In this document: positions 1-8,673 of the stretch, in pieces
Position numbering within the stretch: position 1 is the stretch's first letter
How the letters are laid out: each line of letters starts with the position of its first letter
Source: an uncultured delta proteobacterium
Lineage (GTDB): Bacteria; Myxococcota_A; UBA9160; JAFDET01
Direction of reading: 5' to 3'
DNA length: 45,680 nucleotides
Assembly: GCA_947260035.1 (NCBI GenBank)
Contig: CAMYOO010000041.1
Coordinates: 1 to 45,680 of the forward strand
Position numbers and translations under genes: made by a program
Notes under the pieces: generated by a model
Database searches by the model: none
Seen by the model: only the letters and a program-made list of their open reading frames with translations
Told to the model about the DNA's origin: nothing

Positions 1-1
1 G

Positions 2-1714
2 CGCGACCTGGAGGAGTACTTCCTGGCCGGCCGCACCCTGCGCGGCTGGCAGGCGGGGTTCTCCATGGCGGCCACCCAGTTCGCCGCCGACACGCCGCTG
101 GTGGTGACGGGCCTGGTGGCGACTGCGGGCCTGTTCGGCCTGTGGCAGCTCTGGAGCTACGGGCTGGCCTTCCTGCTGCTCGGGTTCCTGTTCGCGCCGC
201 TTTGGCGCCGGGCCGGCGTGTTGACCGACGCGGAGCTTGCGGAGGCGCGCTACTCGGGCCACGGCGCCACCGCGCTGCGTGGGGTGCGCGCCGTACTCTA
301 CGGGGTCCTCTTCAACACGGTGGTGCTGGCCATGGTGCTGCTGGCAGCCACCCTCTTCGCCGCGCCCTTCCTGCTCTGGCACGAGTGGCTTCCCAGCCGG
401 CTCTTCGAGCCGTTGGTCTCGCTGGCCGGCAGCCTGGGAGCCGAAGAGCCGCTGCGCGCCGTCAACGACACGATCTCGCTCGGGCTCGTGGTGCTGTTCG
501 CCCTGACCTACTCCACCACCGGGGGCCTGCGCGGCGTGGTCTTCACCGACGTGCTCCAGTTCTCGATCATGATGCTGGGCACGGCCGCCTACGCCTTCCT
601 GGCGGTGCGCGCCGCCGGGGGACCCAGCGCCATCGCAAGCCAGGTAGCGGAGATGGGAAGCCAGCGGATCTACAACCTGGGGCCCGAGCCCGGCGCGGCG
701 GGCCTGGTCGCCGTCTTCGCGCTGCAATGGATGCTGCAGCGCAACGCCGACGGCACCGGTTACCTGGCCCAACGGGCCATGGCGTGCCGCAGCGACGCCG
801 ACGCACGCCAGGCGGCGGTGTGGTTCGCCTTCCTGCAGGTGGGGTTGAGGAGCTGGCTCTGGGTGCCGCTGGCCCTGGCGCTGCTGGTGCTCTTCCCGCC
901 GGCGCCGGACCTGGCGGCCGACCTGTTCACCCGCGACCGCGAGGCCACCTTCGTCCTGGGCATCCGCACGCTGCTGCCCGTGGGCCTGCTGGGGCTGATG
1001 ATGACCGGCATGCTGGCGGCGCTGGCCTCGACCTTGGATACGCACCTCAACTGGGGCGCGTCGTACCTGTCCAACGATCTCTACGCTCGGCTGTGGTGCC
1101 GGGGCGTGCGCGGGCGCGAGCCGTCTCCGCGCTCGCAGGTCTGGGTGGCGCGCCTCAGCGCGGTGCTGCTGGTGGTGCTGGCCGCAATGCTGGTGCCCCG
1201 GCTCGGCTCCATCCAGGCCGCCTGGAAGACCACCCTGGTCCTGGGCGCCGGCATCGGCGTCGTCACCGTGCTGCGTTGGCTGTGGTGGCGCATCACCGCC
1301 TGGGGCGAGCTGGCGGCCCTGGCCGCCTCGTTCGCGTTCGCGCCGCTGGCGCTGGCCCTGCTGAGCTCCGAAGTGGCGCAGATGCTGGGCGGCGCCGCCG
1401 TGGGCACCCTGGCTGCGGTGAGCGTTTCACTGTTGGGGCCGCAGACCGACCCGGAGGTGCTGGAGCGCTTCGCACAGAAGGTGCGACCGCCCGGCTTCTG
1501 GGGCCCGTGGGGCGACGGTGCAGGCCGCGCCGAGCTGGGCCGCGCACTCCTGGCCAGCGTTGCAGCAGCAACCAGCCTGTTCGCGGGGCTCCTGGCCGGA
1601 TTGCGCGTGCTGGCGCCGAGCCCCGACGGCGCGGGACTCCCGATCACCCTGGGTCTGTTCGCGCTGGCGGCAGCGGCCCTGCCCGGGTGGCTTCCCGTCC
1701 TGCGCCGACGCTGA
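2..1714 (+). CDS. Sodium:solute symporter (SSS) family protein, 5'-truncated by window edge
   Basis: Frame open from base 2 (RDLEEYFLAGRTL...SMAATQFAADTP); SSS motifs GGLRGVVFTDVLQF, YLAQR, LAALASTLD; many TM helices. Confidence 0.9.
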   Translation, partial: RDLEEYFLAGRTLRGWQAGFSMAATQFAADTPLVVTGLVATAGLFGLWQLWSYGLAFLLLGFLFAPLWRRAGVLTDAELAEARYSGHGATALRGVRAVLYGVLFNTVVLAMVLLAATLFAAPFLLWHEWLPSRLFEPLVSLAGSLGAEEPLRAVNDTISLGLVVLFALTYSTTGGLRGVVFTDVLQFSIMMLGTAAYAFLAVRAAGGPSAIASQVAEMGSQRIYNLGPEPGAAGLVAVFALQWMLQRNADGTGYLAQRAMACRSDADARQAAVWFAFLQVGLRSWLWVPLALALLVLFPPAPDLAADLFTRDREATFVLGIRTLLPVGLLGLMMTGMLAALASTLDTHLNWGASYLSNDLYARLWCRGVRGREPSPRSQVWVARLSAVLLVVLAAMLVPRLGSIQAAWKTTLVLGAGIGVVTVLRWLWWRITAWGELAALAASFAFAPLALALLSSEVAQMLGGAAVGTLAAVSVSLLGPQTDPEVLERFAQKVRPPGFWGPWGDGAGRAELGRALLASVAAATSLFAGLLAGLRVLAPSPDGAGLPITLGLFALAAAALPGWLPVLRRR

Positions 1715-1747
1715 GCCGCGCACGCCCGGCTGTGCCAGAATCGCCGC

Positions 1748-3106
1748 ATGGCCGACGCTTCTCGGGGAACCCACTTCGTCGCGATCATCGGCGGCGCCAC
1801 CGCCGGTGCCGAGGTTGCCGCACAGCTCGCCGATCGCGGCGCGCGCGTGGCGGTCTTCGAGCAGAACCCGCGCCCGTTCGGAAAGATCGAAGACGGTCTC
1901 CCGCGCTGGCACGTCGCGCTGCGCAACAAGGAGTACGCCGCCATCTCCGAGAAGCTCTCGCGGCCGGGCATCGAGTTCGTGCCCAACACCCAGGTAGGCC
2001 GCGACGTGGACTTCCTGGAGCTGGTTCGAGAGTGGGGCTTCAGCGCCGTCGTGCTCGCCAACGGCGCATGGCGCGACCGTCCGCTTCCCATCGAGGGGGC
2101 CGACGACTACCTGGACAAGGGGCTCATCTACCAGAACCCGTTCGTCATCTGGTTCAACCACGCCAACGAGAAGGGCTACGACGGCCCGGTCTTCGAGCCG
2201 CTGGACGACGCCATGGTCGTGGGCGGCGGCCTCGCCTCGATCGACGTGGCCAAGCTGCTGATGCTGTGGACCGTGGGCGAGAAGCTGCGCGAGCGCGGGA
2301 TCGTCGAAGACATGATCGAGATGGAGCTGAAGGGCATCCCGCGCACGCTGGCGAAGCACGACCTGACCTTCGAAGACCTGGGACTGGCCGGCTGCACGAT
2401 CTTCTACCGTCGCCGCGTCGAGGACATGCCCGTCACCGAGATTCCGGAGGGCGCCACGCCCCAGCGCGCCGAGAAGGCCCGCAAGGCCCGGGACAAGCTC
2501 CTCAACAAGGCCATGGACAAGTACTGCTTCAAGTTCGTTCCGCTGTCGGCGCCCGACGGGCTGATCGTCGAGGATGGAAACCTGGTGGGCCTGCGCTTCC
2601 GGCGCACGCGCATCGAGGGCGGGCGCGTGATCCCGCTGGACGAAACCTACGAGGCGCGAGGCTCGTGCGTGATCAGCTCGATCGGAAGCATCCCGCTGCC
2701 CATGCCCGGCGTACCCACCAAGGGCGAGCTCTTCGACTTCGCCGACTGGGAGCTGGGCAGGCTTGCCGACTTTCCCACGGTCTTCGCGGCGGGCAACATC
2801 GTCACGGGCAAGGGCAACATCGTGGCGTCGCGCAAGCATGCAACCCAGGTCTCGGAGACCATGGCCGCCGCCTACCTGGGCCTGGACGACGACGGCGCGG
2901 GACGTGAGGCCCTGGCCGATGCGGTTTCGGCGCGTGCCTCCGAGACCGCCGCCGCCCTGGCCGACGGCGTGGTGGACCTTCCGAAGCTGGAAGACAAGGC
3001 CGTCGAAGGCGTGTTGGCTCGGGTGCGCGAACGTCAGGCCGCGGTGGGCTACGACGGCGACCTGGCGGCCTGGCTCGCCACGGTGGCTCCGGAAGAGCTC
3101 GAGTAG
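1748..3106 (+). CDS. FAD/NAD(P)-dependent oxidoreductase, adrenodoxin-reductase/FprA-like ferredoxin-NADP reductase family
   Basis: N-terminal Rossmann motif IIGGATAG, PFGKIEDGLP, second motif VVGGGLASIDVA, YRRR NADP-binding loop, VFAAGNI. Confidence 0.75.
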   Translation: MADASRGTHFVAIIGGATAGAEVAAQLADRGARVAVFEQNPRPFGKIEDGLPRWHVALRNKEYAAISEKLSRPGIEFVPNTQVGRDVDFLELVREWGFSAVVLANGAWRDRPLPIEGADDYLDKGLIYQNPFVIWFNHANEKGYDGPVFEPLDDAMVVGGGLASIDVAKLLMLWTVGEKLRERGIVEDMIEMELKGIPRTLAKHDLTFEDLGLAGCTIFYRRRVEDMPVTEIPEGATPQRAEKARKARDKLLNKAMDKYCFKFVPLSAPDGLIVEDGNLVGLRFRRTRIEGGRVIPLDETYEARGSCVISSIGSIPLPMPGVPTKGELFDFADWELGRLADFPTVFAAGNIVTGKGNIVASRKHATQVSETMAAAYLGLDDDGAGREALADAVSARASETAAALADGVVDLPKLEDKAVEGVLARVRERQAAVGYDGDLAAWLATVAPEELE

Positions 3107-3115
3107 CGAGCGCGC

Positions 3116-4684
3116 CTACGGGCGGATCGAATGGGCTCGCGGGCCGGTCAGCGACGCGAGCCGCGTCTGGACGGACTCGACCCAGTCGCACAGCACAGGA
3201 CGCGTCCGCCGCGGATCGATCATGTCGTGCACGCCGAAGGCCTCGGCGGCCGCGAAGGGGCTGCGGCGCGCGGCCAGACTCTCTTCCAGCTCGCGACGCT
3301 TCGCCTCGGGGTCCGGCGCCGCGGCGATCTCCCGGCGGAAGGCGACGGCCACGCCGCCTTCCAGCGGAAGCGCCCCGCTCTCGGCGGAGGGCCAGGCGAC
3401 CACATAGGCACCGGGCGCGAAGTGGGCCGCGCCGGCCACGCCGTAGCACTTGCGCACCATCACCGAGCACCAGGGCACCTCGGACTGCACCACCGCAAAG
3501 AGCGCCTCGGCGCCGTGGCGGATGGTGGCGTCGCGTTCGGCCTTCGCGCCGATCATGAAGCCGGGCTCATCCACGAAGGCCACGATCGGCAGGTGGAACG
3601 TGTCGCACAGATCCACGAAGCGCCGCACCTTGCGCGCTCCGTCGGCGGTCATGCTTCCGGCGTAGAAGCGCGGGTCGTTGGCCCACACGCCCACGGGCTG
3701 TCCCGCCAGTCGCGCCAGCCCGGTGATCTGTGCGCGACCGTACCCCGGCGCCAGCTCGAAGAAGGAGCGGATGTCCACCACACCCGCCAACAGCGCGCGC
3801 GCATCGTAGACCTGGCGCCGCTCGCGCGGAATCCGCTCCAGCAGCTCCGGGTCTTCGCGGCCCGGCGGGTCGTCGCAGGCTGTGCGCGGCGCCGGTTCCC
3901 AGACATTGGTGGGCAGGTAGCTCAGGAAGGCCCGGATGCGCGCGAAGGCGTCGGCCTCGTCGTCGGCCACGGCGTCCACCACGCCGCTGCGTGCGTGGAT
4001 GCGCGCGCCGCCCAGCTCGTCCTTGGTCTTCGTCTCGCCCAGAGCCCGTTCCACGATCGCCGGCCCCGCCACCAGCACCTGGGCGGTCTCGCGAGTCATC
4101 ACCGAGAAATGCGAGGCCACCAGCCGCGCTGCGGGAAGGCCCGCCACCGCGCCCAATCCGGCCGAGGCCACCGGCGCCTGGCTCATGGCGCGCATGATCG
4201 AGTGGAAGCGGTGCCCTTCGAACGGAGTTTCCGGAGGCGGAGGCGGCGGGGCTGCGGCGCCCTTGCCCGCGGTCCCGGTGACGCTGCCGCCGGCGCCTTC
4301 CAGGAAGCGCACCAGGGGCAGGCGCAGCCGACACGCCAGGTCTTCCGCCATGACGCTCTTCTTGAGACCCGCCGGCGACGGAGAGCCGCCGCGCTGGGTG
4401 AAGTCCTCGCCGCCCACCACGATGCGGCGGCCGTCGACCAGGGCGGTTCCCAGCACGTAGTTCGCGGGGGTGAAGCCGGTCATGGCGCCGTCGGCGTCGC
4501 GCTCTGCGCGGCCGGCGATGGGGCCCATCTCGCGGAAGCTGCCGGCGTCGGACAAGCCGGAGATGCGCTCGCGAATCGTGAGCCGGCCGCGCTCGTGGTG
4601 GCGCGCGACGGCATCGGCGCCGCCGTGCTCGGCGGCAAGGACCCGCCGCCGCTCGATCTCCTCGACTTCGTCGCGCCAGCTCAC
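3116..4684 (-). CDS. Acyl-CoA carboxylase carboxyltransferase (beta) subunit
   Basis: GRLTIRERI, DFTQRGGS, LGGARIH..SGVVD, FVDEPGFMIG, RKCYGVA, DMIDPRRTR. Confidence 0.92.
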   Translation of the reverse strand: MSWRDEVEEIERRRVLAAEHGGADAVARHHERGRLTIRERISGLSDAGSFREMGPIAGRAERDADGAMTGFTPANYVLGTALVDGRRIVVGGEDFTQRGGSPSPAGLKKSVMAEDLACRLRLPLVRFLEGAGGSVTGTAGKGAAAPPPPPPETPFEGHRFHSIMRAMSQAPVASAGLGAVAGLPAARLVASHFSVMTRETAQVLVAGPAIVERALGETKTKDELGGARIHARSGVVDAVADDEADAFARIRAFLSYLPTNVWEPAPRTACDDPPGREDPELLERIPRERRQVYDARALLAGVVDIRSFFELAPGYGRAQITGLARLAGQPVGVWANDPRFYAGSMTADGARKVRRFVDLCDTFHLPIVAFVDEPGFMIGAKAERDATIRHGAEALFAVVQSEVPWCSVMVRKCYGVAGAAHFAPGAYVVAWPSAESGALPLEGGVAVAFRREIAAAPDPEAKRRELEESLAARRSPFAAAEAFGVHDMIDPRRTRPVLCDWVESVQTRLASLTGPRAHSIRP

Positions 4685-4695
4685 CAGGAGTGACC

Positions 4696-4730
4696 CCCCG
4701 TGCAGTTTTGCAGGAACGTCCCTCTATGCA
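4696..4730 (+). repeat. About 30-bp extragenic repeat, copy 1 (GTGCAGTTTTGCAGGAACGTCCCTCTATGCA)
   Basis: Near-identical copies at 10482-10516 (-) and 10568-10595 (+). Confidence 0.85.
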
Positions 4731-4740
4731 CTCGATGCAG

Positions 4741-5508
4741 TCAGATGCCTTCGACGCGGTGGACCATGCGCCACACCAGGCCCGGGGCGAAGCGGCGCAT
4801 GAGGACGCTGAAGCGCGTGCCGCGGCCGGGGAACACGAACAGGGCGCCCTTCTCGAGCCCGCGCTCGATGGCGTCCAGCACCTCGTCGGGCTCGATGGGC
4901 TTGCCCCCCTGGTCCAGGATCTTGGGCTTGGACTTCGCCTGCTCCAGCAGCGGCGTCTCGACGGGCGGCGGACACACGCAGCAGATGCGCACGCCCTTGT
5001 CGCGGTTCTCGTGGTAGAGAACCTCCGTGTACGCCACGACCGCGAACTTGGACGCATTGTAGGCTCCGAAGTGCAGCGCGGGAGCCCAGCCGGCGACGGA
5101 TGCGAAGTTGACCACGTCGCCTCGCCCGCGCTCCAGCATGCCCGGAAGCACCGCGCTGGTGATCGCGACGCTGCCGCCGTAGTTGATGTCCATGATGCGC
5201 CGGACCGTGGGCACGTCCTGGTCCATCAGCAGTCCCGTGGGCATGATCGCCGCTGCGTTCATGACCCGGTCGACGGGTCCCAGCTCGGTCTCCACGCGCC
5301 GCACAAGCTCCGCCACCGCGCGCACGTCGGTGACGTCCAGGGGGTAGGCGCGAATCGCGTCGCTGCCGGAGGCCGTCTCACGCAGGCCTTCTTCATTGAC
5401 GTCGATGGCGGCCACCTGGGCGCCCGAAGACGCGAGTCGCCGCGAGGCCAACCGGCCCATGCCGCTTGCGGCACCGGTGACCAGGGCAACCGTGCCACGG
5501 AAGGCCAT
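4741..5508 (-). CDS. Short-chain dehydrogenase/reductase (SDR)
   Basis: TGAASGMG, NAA and YNASK motifs; ATG overlaps the rpmB stop (TGATG). Confidence 0.92.
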   Translation of the reverse strand: MAFRGTVALVTGAASGMGRLASRRLASSGAQVAAIDVNEEGLRETASGSDAIRAYPLDVTDVRAVAELVRRVETELGPVDRVMNAAAIMPTGLLMDQDVPTVRRIMDINYGGSVAITSAVLPGMLERGRGDVVNFASVAGWAPALHFGAYNASKFAVVAYTEVLYHENRDKGVRICCVCPPPVETPLLEQAKSKPKILDQGGKPIEPDEVLDAIERGLEKGALFVFPGRGTRFSVLMRRFAPGLVWRMVHRVEGI

Positions 5509-5807
5509 CAGGCCGAGGTGGAGCCGCCGGACAGCGCCTTGCGAACGCGGCGCTTGAGACGCAGACCCTCGATGCCCAGGTCCTTGTCCGCCGCCGAGAG
5601 CAGGTACGGGTCGAGGCCGCCCTTGCGCTGCACCGTGCGCAACGCACGGGTGGAGATGCGCAGGGAGACGCGCCGCCCCAGGGCGTCGCTGGACAGGGTC
5701 ACCTTCTGGAGGTTGGGCAGGAAGCGGCGCGACGTCTTGCGGTTGGAGTGCGAGACGTTGTGACCGTAGGAGACCCTCGTTCCGGTGAGGTCGCATTCGC
5801 GGGGCAC
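5508..5807 (-). CDS. rpmB: 50S ribosomal protein L28 (form without zinc ribbon)
   Basis: GTG start; MPRECDLTG...GHNVSHSNRKTSRRFLPNLQ...LRISTRALRTV. Confidence 0.96.
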   Translation of the reverse strand: MPRECDLTGTRVSYGHNVSHSNRKTSRRFLPNLQKVTLSSDALGRRVSLRISTRALRTVQRKGGLDPYLLSAADKDLGIEGLRLKRRVRKALSGGSTSA

Positions 5808-5809
5808 GG

Positions 5810-6058
5810 CTACTTCTTGCCTCCGCCGTAACGGCGCCGGAAGCGATCGATCTTCCCGTCGGCGTCCAGCTCGCGCGCGGTGCCCGTCCAGAACGGATGG
5901 CTCACGCTCGAGATGTCCAGCCGCACCACCGGAACCTCCGCGCCGTCGACCTCGCGGGTCTCCTTGGAGGTCAGCGTCGAGCGCGACATCCACTCCTGGC
6001 CCGTGGCTGCGTCCACGAAGAGAACCGGGTGGTAGTCGGGATGGATGCCTTCCTTCAC
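5810..6058 (-). CDS. rpmE2: 50S ribosomal protein L31 type B (zinc-independent)
   Basis: MKEGIHPDY..VLFVD...DISSVSHPFWTG; no cysteines. Confidence 0.95.
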   Translation of the reverse strand: MKEGIHPDYHPVLFVDAATGQEWMSRSTLTSKETREVDGAEVPVVRLDISSVSHPFWTGTARELDADGKIDRFRRRYGGGKK

Positions 6059-6066
6059 GGCGTCCT

Positions 6067-6372
6067 CTACCAGCTGGACTTGCGCACGCCCGGCAGCTGA
6101 CCCTTGAGGGCCAGTTCGCGGAGCATGATGCGCGAGACACCGAACTTGCGGTGATAGCCGCGGGCGCGACCCGTCAACGCACAGCGCCGGGTGAGCCGCG
6201 TGGGGCAGGAGTTGCGCGGGAGCTTGGCGAACAACTTCTGGACCTCGAGCTTCTCGTCCACCGAGACCATCGGATCCTTCAGCCGCTTGCGCAGCTCGGC
6301 CCGACGCTCGAGATCCCGCGTGATCAGCTTCGCGCGGCGATTATCGCGATTTACCTGGGACTTCTTTGCCAT
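6067..6372 (-). CDS. rpsN: 30S ribosomal protein S14, long 101-aa zinc-independent form
   Basis: MAKKS...[22 protein letters not shown]...[20 protein letters not shown]. Confidence 0.97.
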   Translation of the reverse strand: MAKKSQVNRDNRRAKLITRDLERRAELRKRLKDPMVSVDEKLEVQKLFAKLPRNSCPTRLTRRCALTGRARGYHRKFGVSRIMLRELALKGQLPGVRKSSW

Positions 6373-6382
6373 GGGAGGCGGG

Positions 6383-6411
6383 AACCTATCCCGCAGGCGG
6401 GGCCTGCGCAA
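6383..6411 (-). promoter_or_regulatory. Sigma70-type promoter of rpsN-rpmE2-rpmB (TTGCGC-N17-TAGGTT) with a 7-3-7 palindrome in the spacer
   Basis: 17-nt spacing; -10 lies 10 nt from the ATG; CGCAGGC-ggg-GCCTGCG at 6392-6408. Confidence 0.6.
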
Positions 6412-6433
6412 GCCGTCTCCCCCGGGGGAGGCG

Positions 6434-6542
6434 AGCCAGGGGCCGTAGGCGCCCCGGCGGCAAGGCGCGCGAGCGAAGGCGTCCTACCCGGTACGGCGAG
6501 CGACGCGGAACGCAGCCGCCGGGGCGCCTACGGCCCCTGGCT
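6434..6542. repeat. Palindromic MITE/REP-like element with 28-bp perfect inverted arms, overlapping the bfr 3' end
   Basis: AGCCAGGGGCCGTAGGCGCCCCGGCGGC (6434-6461) and its reverse complement (6515-6542); core GCAAGGCGCGCGA...AACGCAGCC resembles 30150-30221. Confidence 0.85.
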
Positions 6543-6951
6543 GGGCCTCCAGCCAGTCGAGCCCCTCCTCCTCGTTGAGCAGGATCCCCTCCAGCAGCTC
6601 GCGGCTACCGTTGTCGGCCTTGTCGCGGCACAGCGCGATGGCCTTGTTGAGCCGCTCCACCGCGTCCACCTCCAGCGCCAGATCGAGCCTGTGCTGCTCG
6701 ATCGGATCCTCGCCCACGCCGACGGGGAAGAGGCGCTGCATGTTGGGCGTCCCATCCAGGTAGAGCACCCTCTCCAGCACCTTGTCCGCGTGGTGCATCT
6801 CCTCGATGGACTCCTCGCGCTTCTTCTTGGCCAGCCGCTGATAGCCCCAGTTCTCGCACATCTTGGCGTGGATGAAGTACTGGTTGATCGCCGTGAGCTC
6901 TGCGGTGAGCACCTCGTTGAGCGCCTCGATCACGTCGGGATTGCCCTTCAT
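6484..6951 (-). CDS. bfr: Bacterioferritin with aberrant C-terminus
   Basis: [28 protein letters not shown]; heme Met in SIEEMHHAD; DWLEAQ followed by repeat-derived residues. Confidence 0.93.
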   Translation of the reverse strand: MKGNPDVIEALNEVLTAELTAINQYFIHAKMCENWGYQRLAKKKREESIEEMHHADKVLERVLYLDGTPNMQRLFPVGVGEDPIEQHRLDLALEVDAVERLNKAIALCRDKADNGSRELLEGILLNEEEGLDWLEAQPGAVGAPAAAFRVARRTG

Positions 6952-6987
6952 CCTACACCTCCAAGTGTCTATCGGCCGAACAGGGCG

Positions 6988-7016
6988 AACCTATCCCGCA
7001 ACGTGCAGCGCGGCAA
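6988..7016 (-). promoter_or_regulatory. Sigma70-type promoter of bfr (TTGCCG-N17-TAGGTT)
   Basis: 17-nt spacing; downstream GGAGG SD before the bfr ATG. Confidence 0.6.
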
Positions 7017-7022
7017 GCAAGT

Positions 7023-7037
7023 TGAAACTGAATGTCG
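7023..7037. promoter_or_regulatory. Degenerate Fur-like box upstream of the bfr -35
   Basis: TGAAACT-G-AATGTCG vs 7-1-7 consensus TGATAAT-N-ATTATCA; AT-rich island in GC-rich DNA. Confidence 0.4.
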
Positions 7038-7050
7038 CTTTCAGCGGAGG

Positions 7051-7266
7051 TCAGCGAGCCCGGGAGAAGGCCGGCGCCTGGGCGGCGTCGCTGCGCGCAC
7101 GGGCGTGCTGCTCGTGCTCGACGATCTCGTCGATGCGGGGACGGCAGCCACCGCAGGTTCCGCCGGCCGAGCAGCTCCGGGTCACCTCATCGGAGCTGAC
7201 GGCGCCCTCGCGCACGGCGCGCCGGATGGCGCGGTCGGAGATGCTGTGGCAATGGCAGACGATCAT
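7051..7266 (-). CDS. bfd: Bacterioferritin-associated ferredoxin (2Fe-2S)
   Basis: MIVCHCHSISD...AGGTCGGC; directly upstream of bfr. Confidence 0.93.
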   Translation of the reverse strand: MIVCHCHSISDRAIRRAVREGAVSSDEVTRSCSAGGTCGGCRPRIDEIVEHEQHARARSDAAQAPAFSRAR

Positions 7267-7287
7267 CGCCCCGGAAGGATAGGGACC

Positions 7288-7310
7288 TGAAAATGAAAAT
7301 CAATATCAAT
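7288..7310. promoter_or_regulatory. Fur box overlapping the bfd promoter
   Basis: TGAAAAT-C-AATATCA (7294-7308), 12/14 match to the 7-1-7 consensus, plus an extra hexamer; overlaps candidate -35 of TTGATT-N16-TATCCT. Confidence 0.75.
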
Positions 7311-7354
7311 AAGCACACCTGCTGAAAATCCGAAAACTATTACAAATCAGTAAG

Positions 7355-7825
7355 TTACGGATCGAGGCGGAAGATCCAGGCGGCCGTGGCGTGCTCGTCC
7401 GCCTCCACCTCGTACTTGGCCAGGAGCATCTTCCGGACCGCCTCGCGCTCGGCCGGGTCCTCCACACGAACGGCCCGAAGCGGGTAGACCGTGCCCTCGA
7501 TGCGCACGCGGACCCGCGGATCGTCCAGCGCATTCTTCACCCAGCCCCGCTCCGCCGGATCGTCGGTGCCCAGGATCAGCGAGGTCGGCACGTAGAGCTT
7601 GCCGTCCATCACACCGCACCAGACGTTCACCGAGTAGGGATCCCCGGGCCGCGTCTCCAATTGGATCTGCTTCTCGTCCTTCGCGAACGACCAGTCGGGC
7701 GGGGCGCTCTCGTGGACCTCTCCACTCAGCTTTCCGCCGGGGAAAGGACCGAGCGGGCCGCAGGCCACCAGCGATGCGACGGCGGCGAGCAGGACGATGC
7801 GCCGGGGGCGCGAGTGACGCTGCAT
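7355..7825 (-). CDS. Putative lipoprotein, DUF2255 / split-barrel flavin-binding-like
   Basis: Lipobox LVAC; GPLGPFPGGKL, YSVNVW, WVKNA..DPRVRVRI; GGAGG SD. Confidence 0.6.
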   Translation of the reverse strand: MQRHSRPRRIVLLAAVASLVACGPLGPFPGGKLSGEVHESAPPDWSFAKDEKQIQLETRPGDPYSVNVWCGVMDGKLYVPTSLILGTDDPAERGWVKNALDDPRVRVRIEGTVYPLRAVRVEDPAEREAVRKMLLAKYEVEADEHATAAWIFRLDP

Positions 7826-7855
7826 GGCAGTTCCTCCCAAGGCGCGAGCGCGATG

Positions 7856-8662
7856 CTAGCCGGCTGTGGACTCGTCGCGCGACACGGTCTCCTTGGCGCG
7901 GCGCCAGAGCGCCCACTGCTCGTCCGTGCTCAGTTCGTCGAAGCCGCGCTTTGCCGGCGCCAGCTCGGCCTCCATGGCCTCGAAGCGGCGCAGGAAGCGG
8001 CGGTTGGTGACCCGCAGGGCCTCCTCGGGATCTCCGCCCAGCTCGCGAACCAGCCCCGCGGCCACGAAGAGGACGTCGCCCAGCTCATCGATGGCGCGCT
8101 CGCGCGCACCGCGCTCCAGCTCGACCTGAACCTCACCCACCTCCTCGCGCAGCTTGGCGAAGATCTGCCCCGCGCCCTCCCAGGCGAAGCCCGCGCGCGC
8201 GGCCCTGCGCTGCAGCTTGCCGGCGCGCATCAGCGCGGGCAGCCCCAGTGCGACGCCGGCCAGCGCGCCTTCGGCCTCGCCTGCGGCGCTGCGTTCACGC
8301 GCCTTGTGGTCCTCCCAGGCGCGGGTCTGGGCTTCGGCGTCCTCCACCACTGCGTCGCCGAAAACGTGTGGATGTCGGCGCACGAGCTTGTCGCAGATCG
8401 ACGCGATCACGTCGTCGATGCCGAAGCGTCGCTGCTCCCGGGCCATCTGCGCGTGGAACACCACCTGGAGCAACAGGTCACCCAGCTCGTCGCGCAGCCC
8501 ATCGAAGTCGCCGCCGTCGATGGCCTCGGCCACCTCGTACGCCTCTTCGATGGTGTAGGGCGCGATGCTTCGGAAGTCCTGCTCCACATCCCACGGGCAG
8601 CCGGACTCCGGATCACGAAGCTTCGCCATGATCTCGATCAACCGCTCCAGGTCACTCTCCAT
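7856..8662 (-). CDS. mazG: Nucleoside triphosphate pyrophosphohydrolase MazG (tandem domain)
   Basis: LRDPESGCPWD, IEEAYEV, DELGDLL, RRHPHVF, second ELGDVLF. Confidence 0.96.
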   Translation of the reverse strand: MESDLERLIEIMAKLRDPESGCPWDVEQDFRSIAPYTIEEAYEVAEAIDGGDFDGLRDELGDLLLQVVFHAQMAREQRRFGIDDVIASICDKLVRRHPHVFGDAVVEDAEAQTRAWEDHKARERSAAGEAEGALAGVALGLPALMRAGKLQRRAARAGFAWEGAGQIFAKLREEVGEVQVELERGARERAIDELGDVLFVAAGLVRELGGDPEEALRVTNRRFLRRFEAMEAELAPAKRGFDELSTDEQWALWRRAKETVSRDESTAG

Positions 8663-8673
8663 GGGTCATCCCC

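Noticed and set aside
6373-6433. Zur box upstream of the zinc-free ribosomal genes
   Set aside because: Region is GC-rich with no AT-rich Zur-type palindrome
7856-8662. MazG as an anti-phage or toxin-antitoxin component
   Set aside because: Standard tandem housekeeping MazG with no mazEF or defence neighbours
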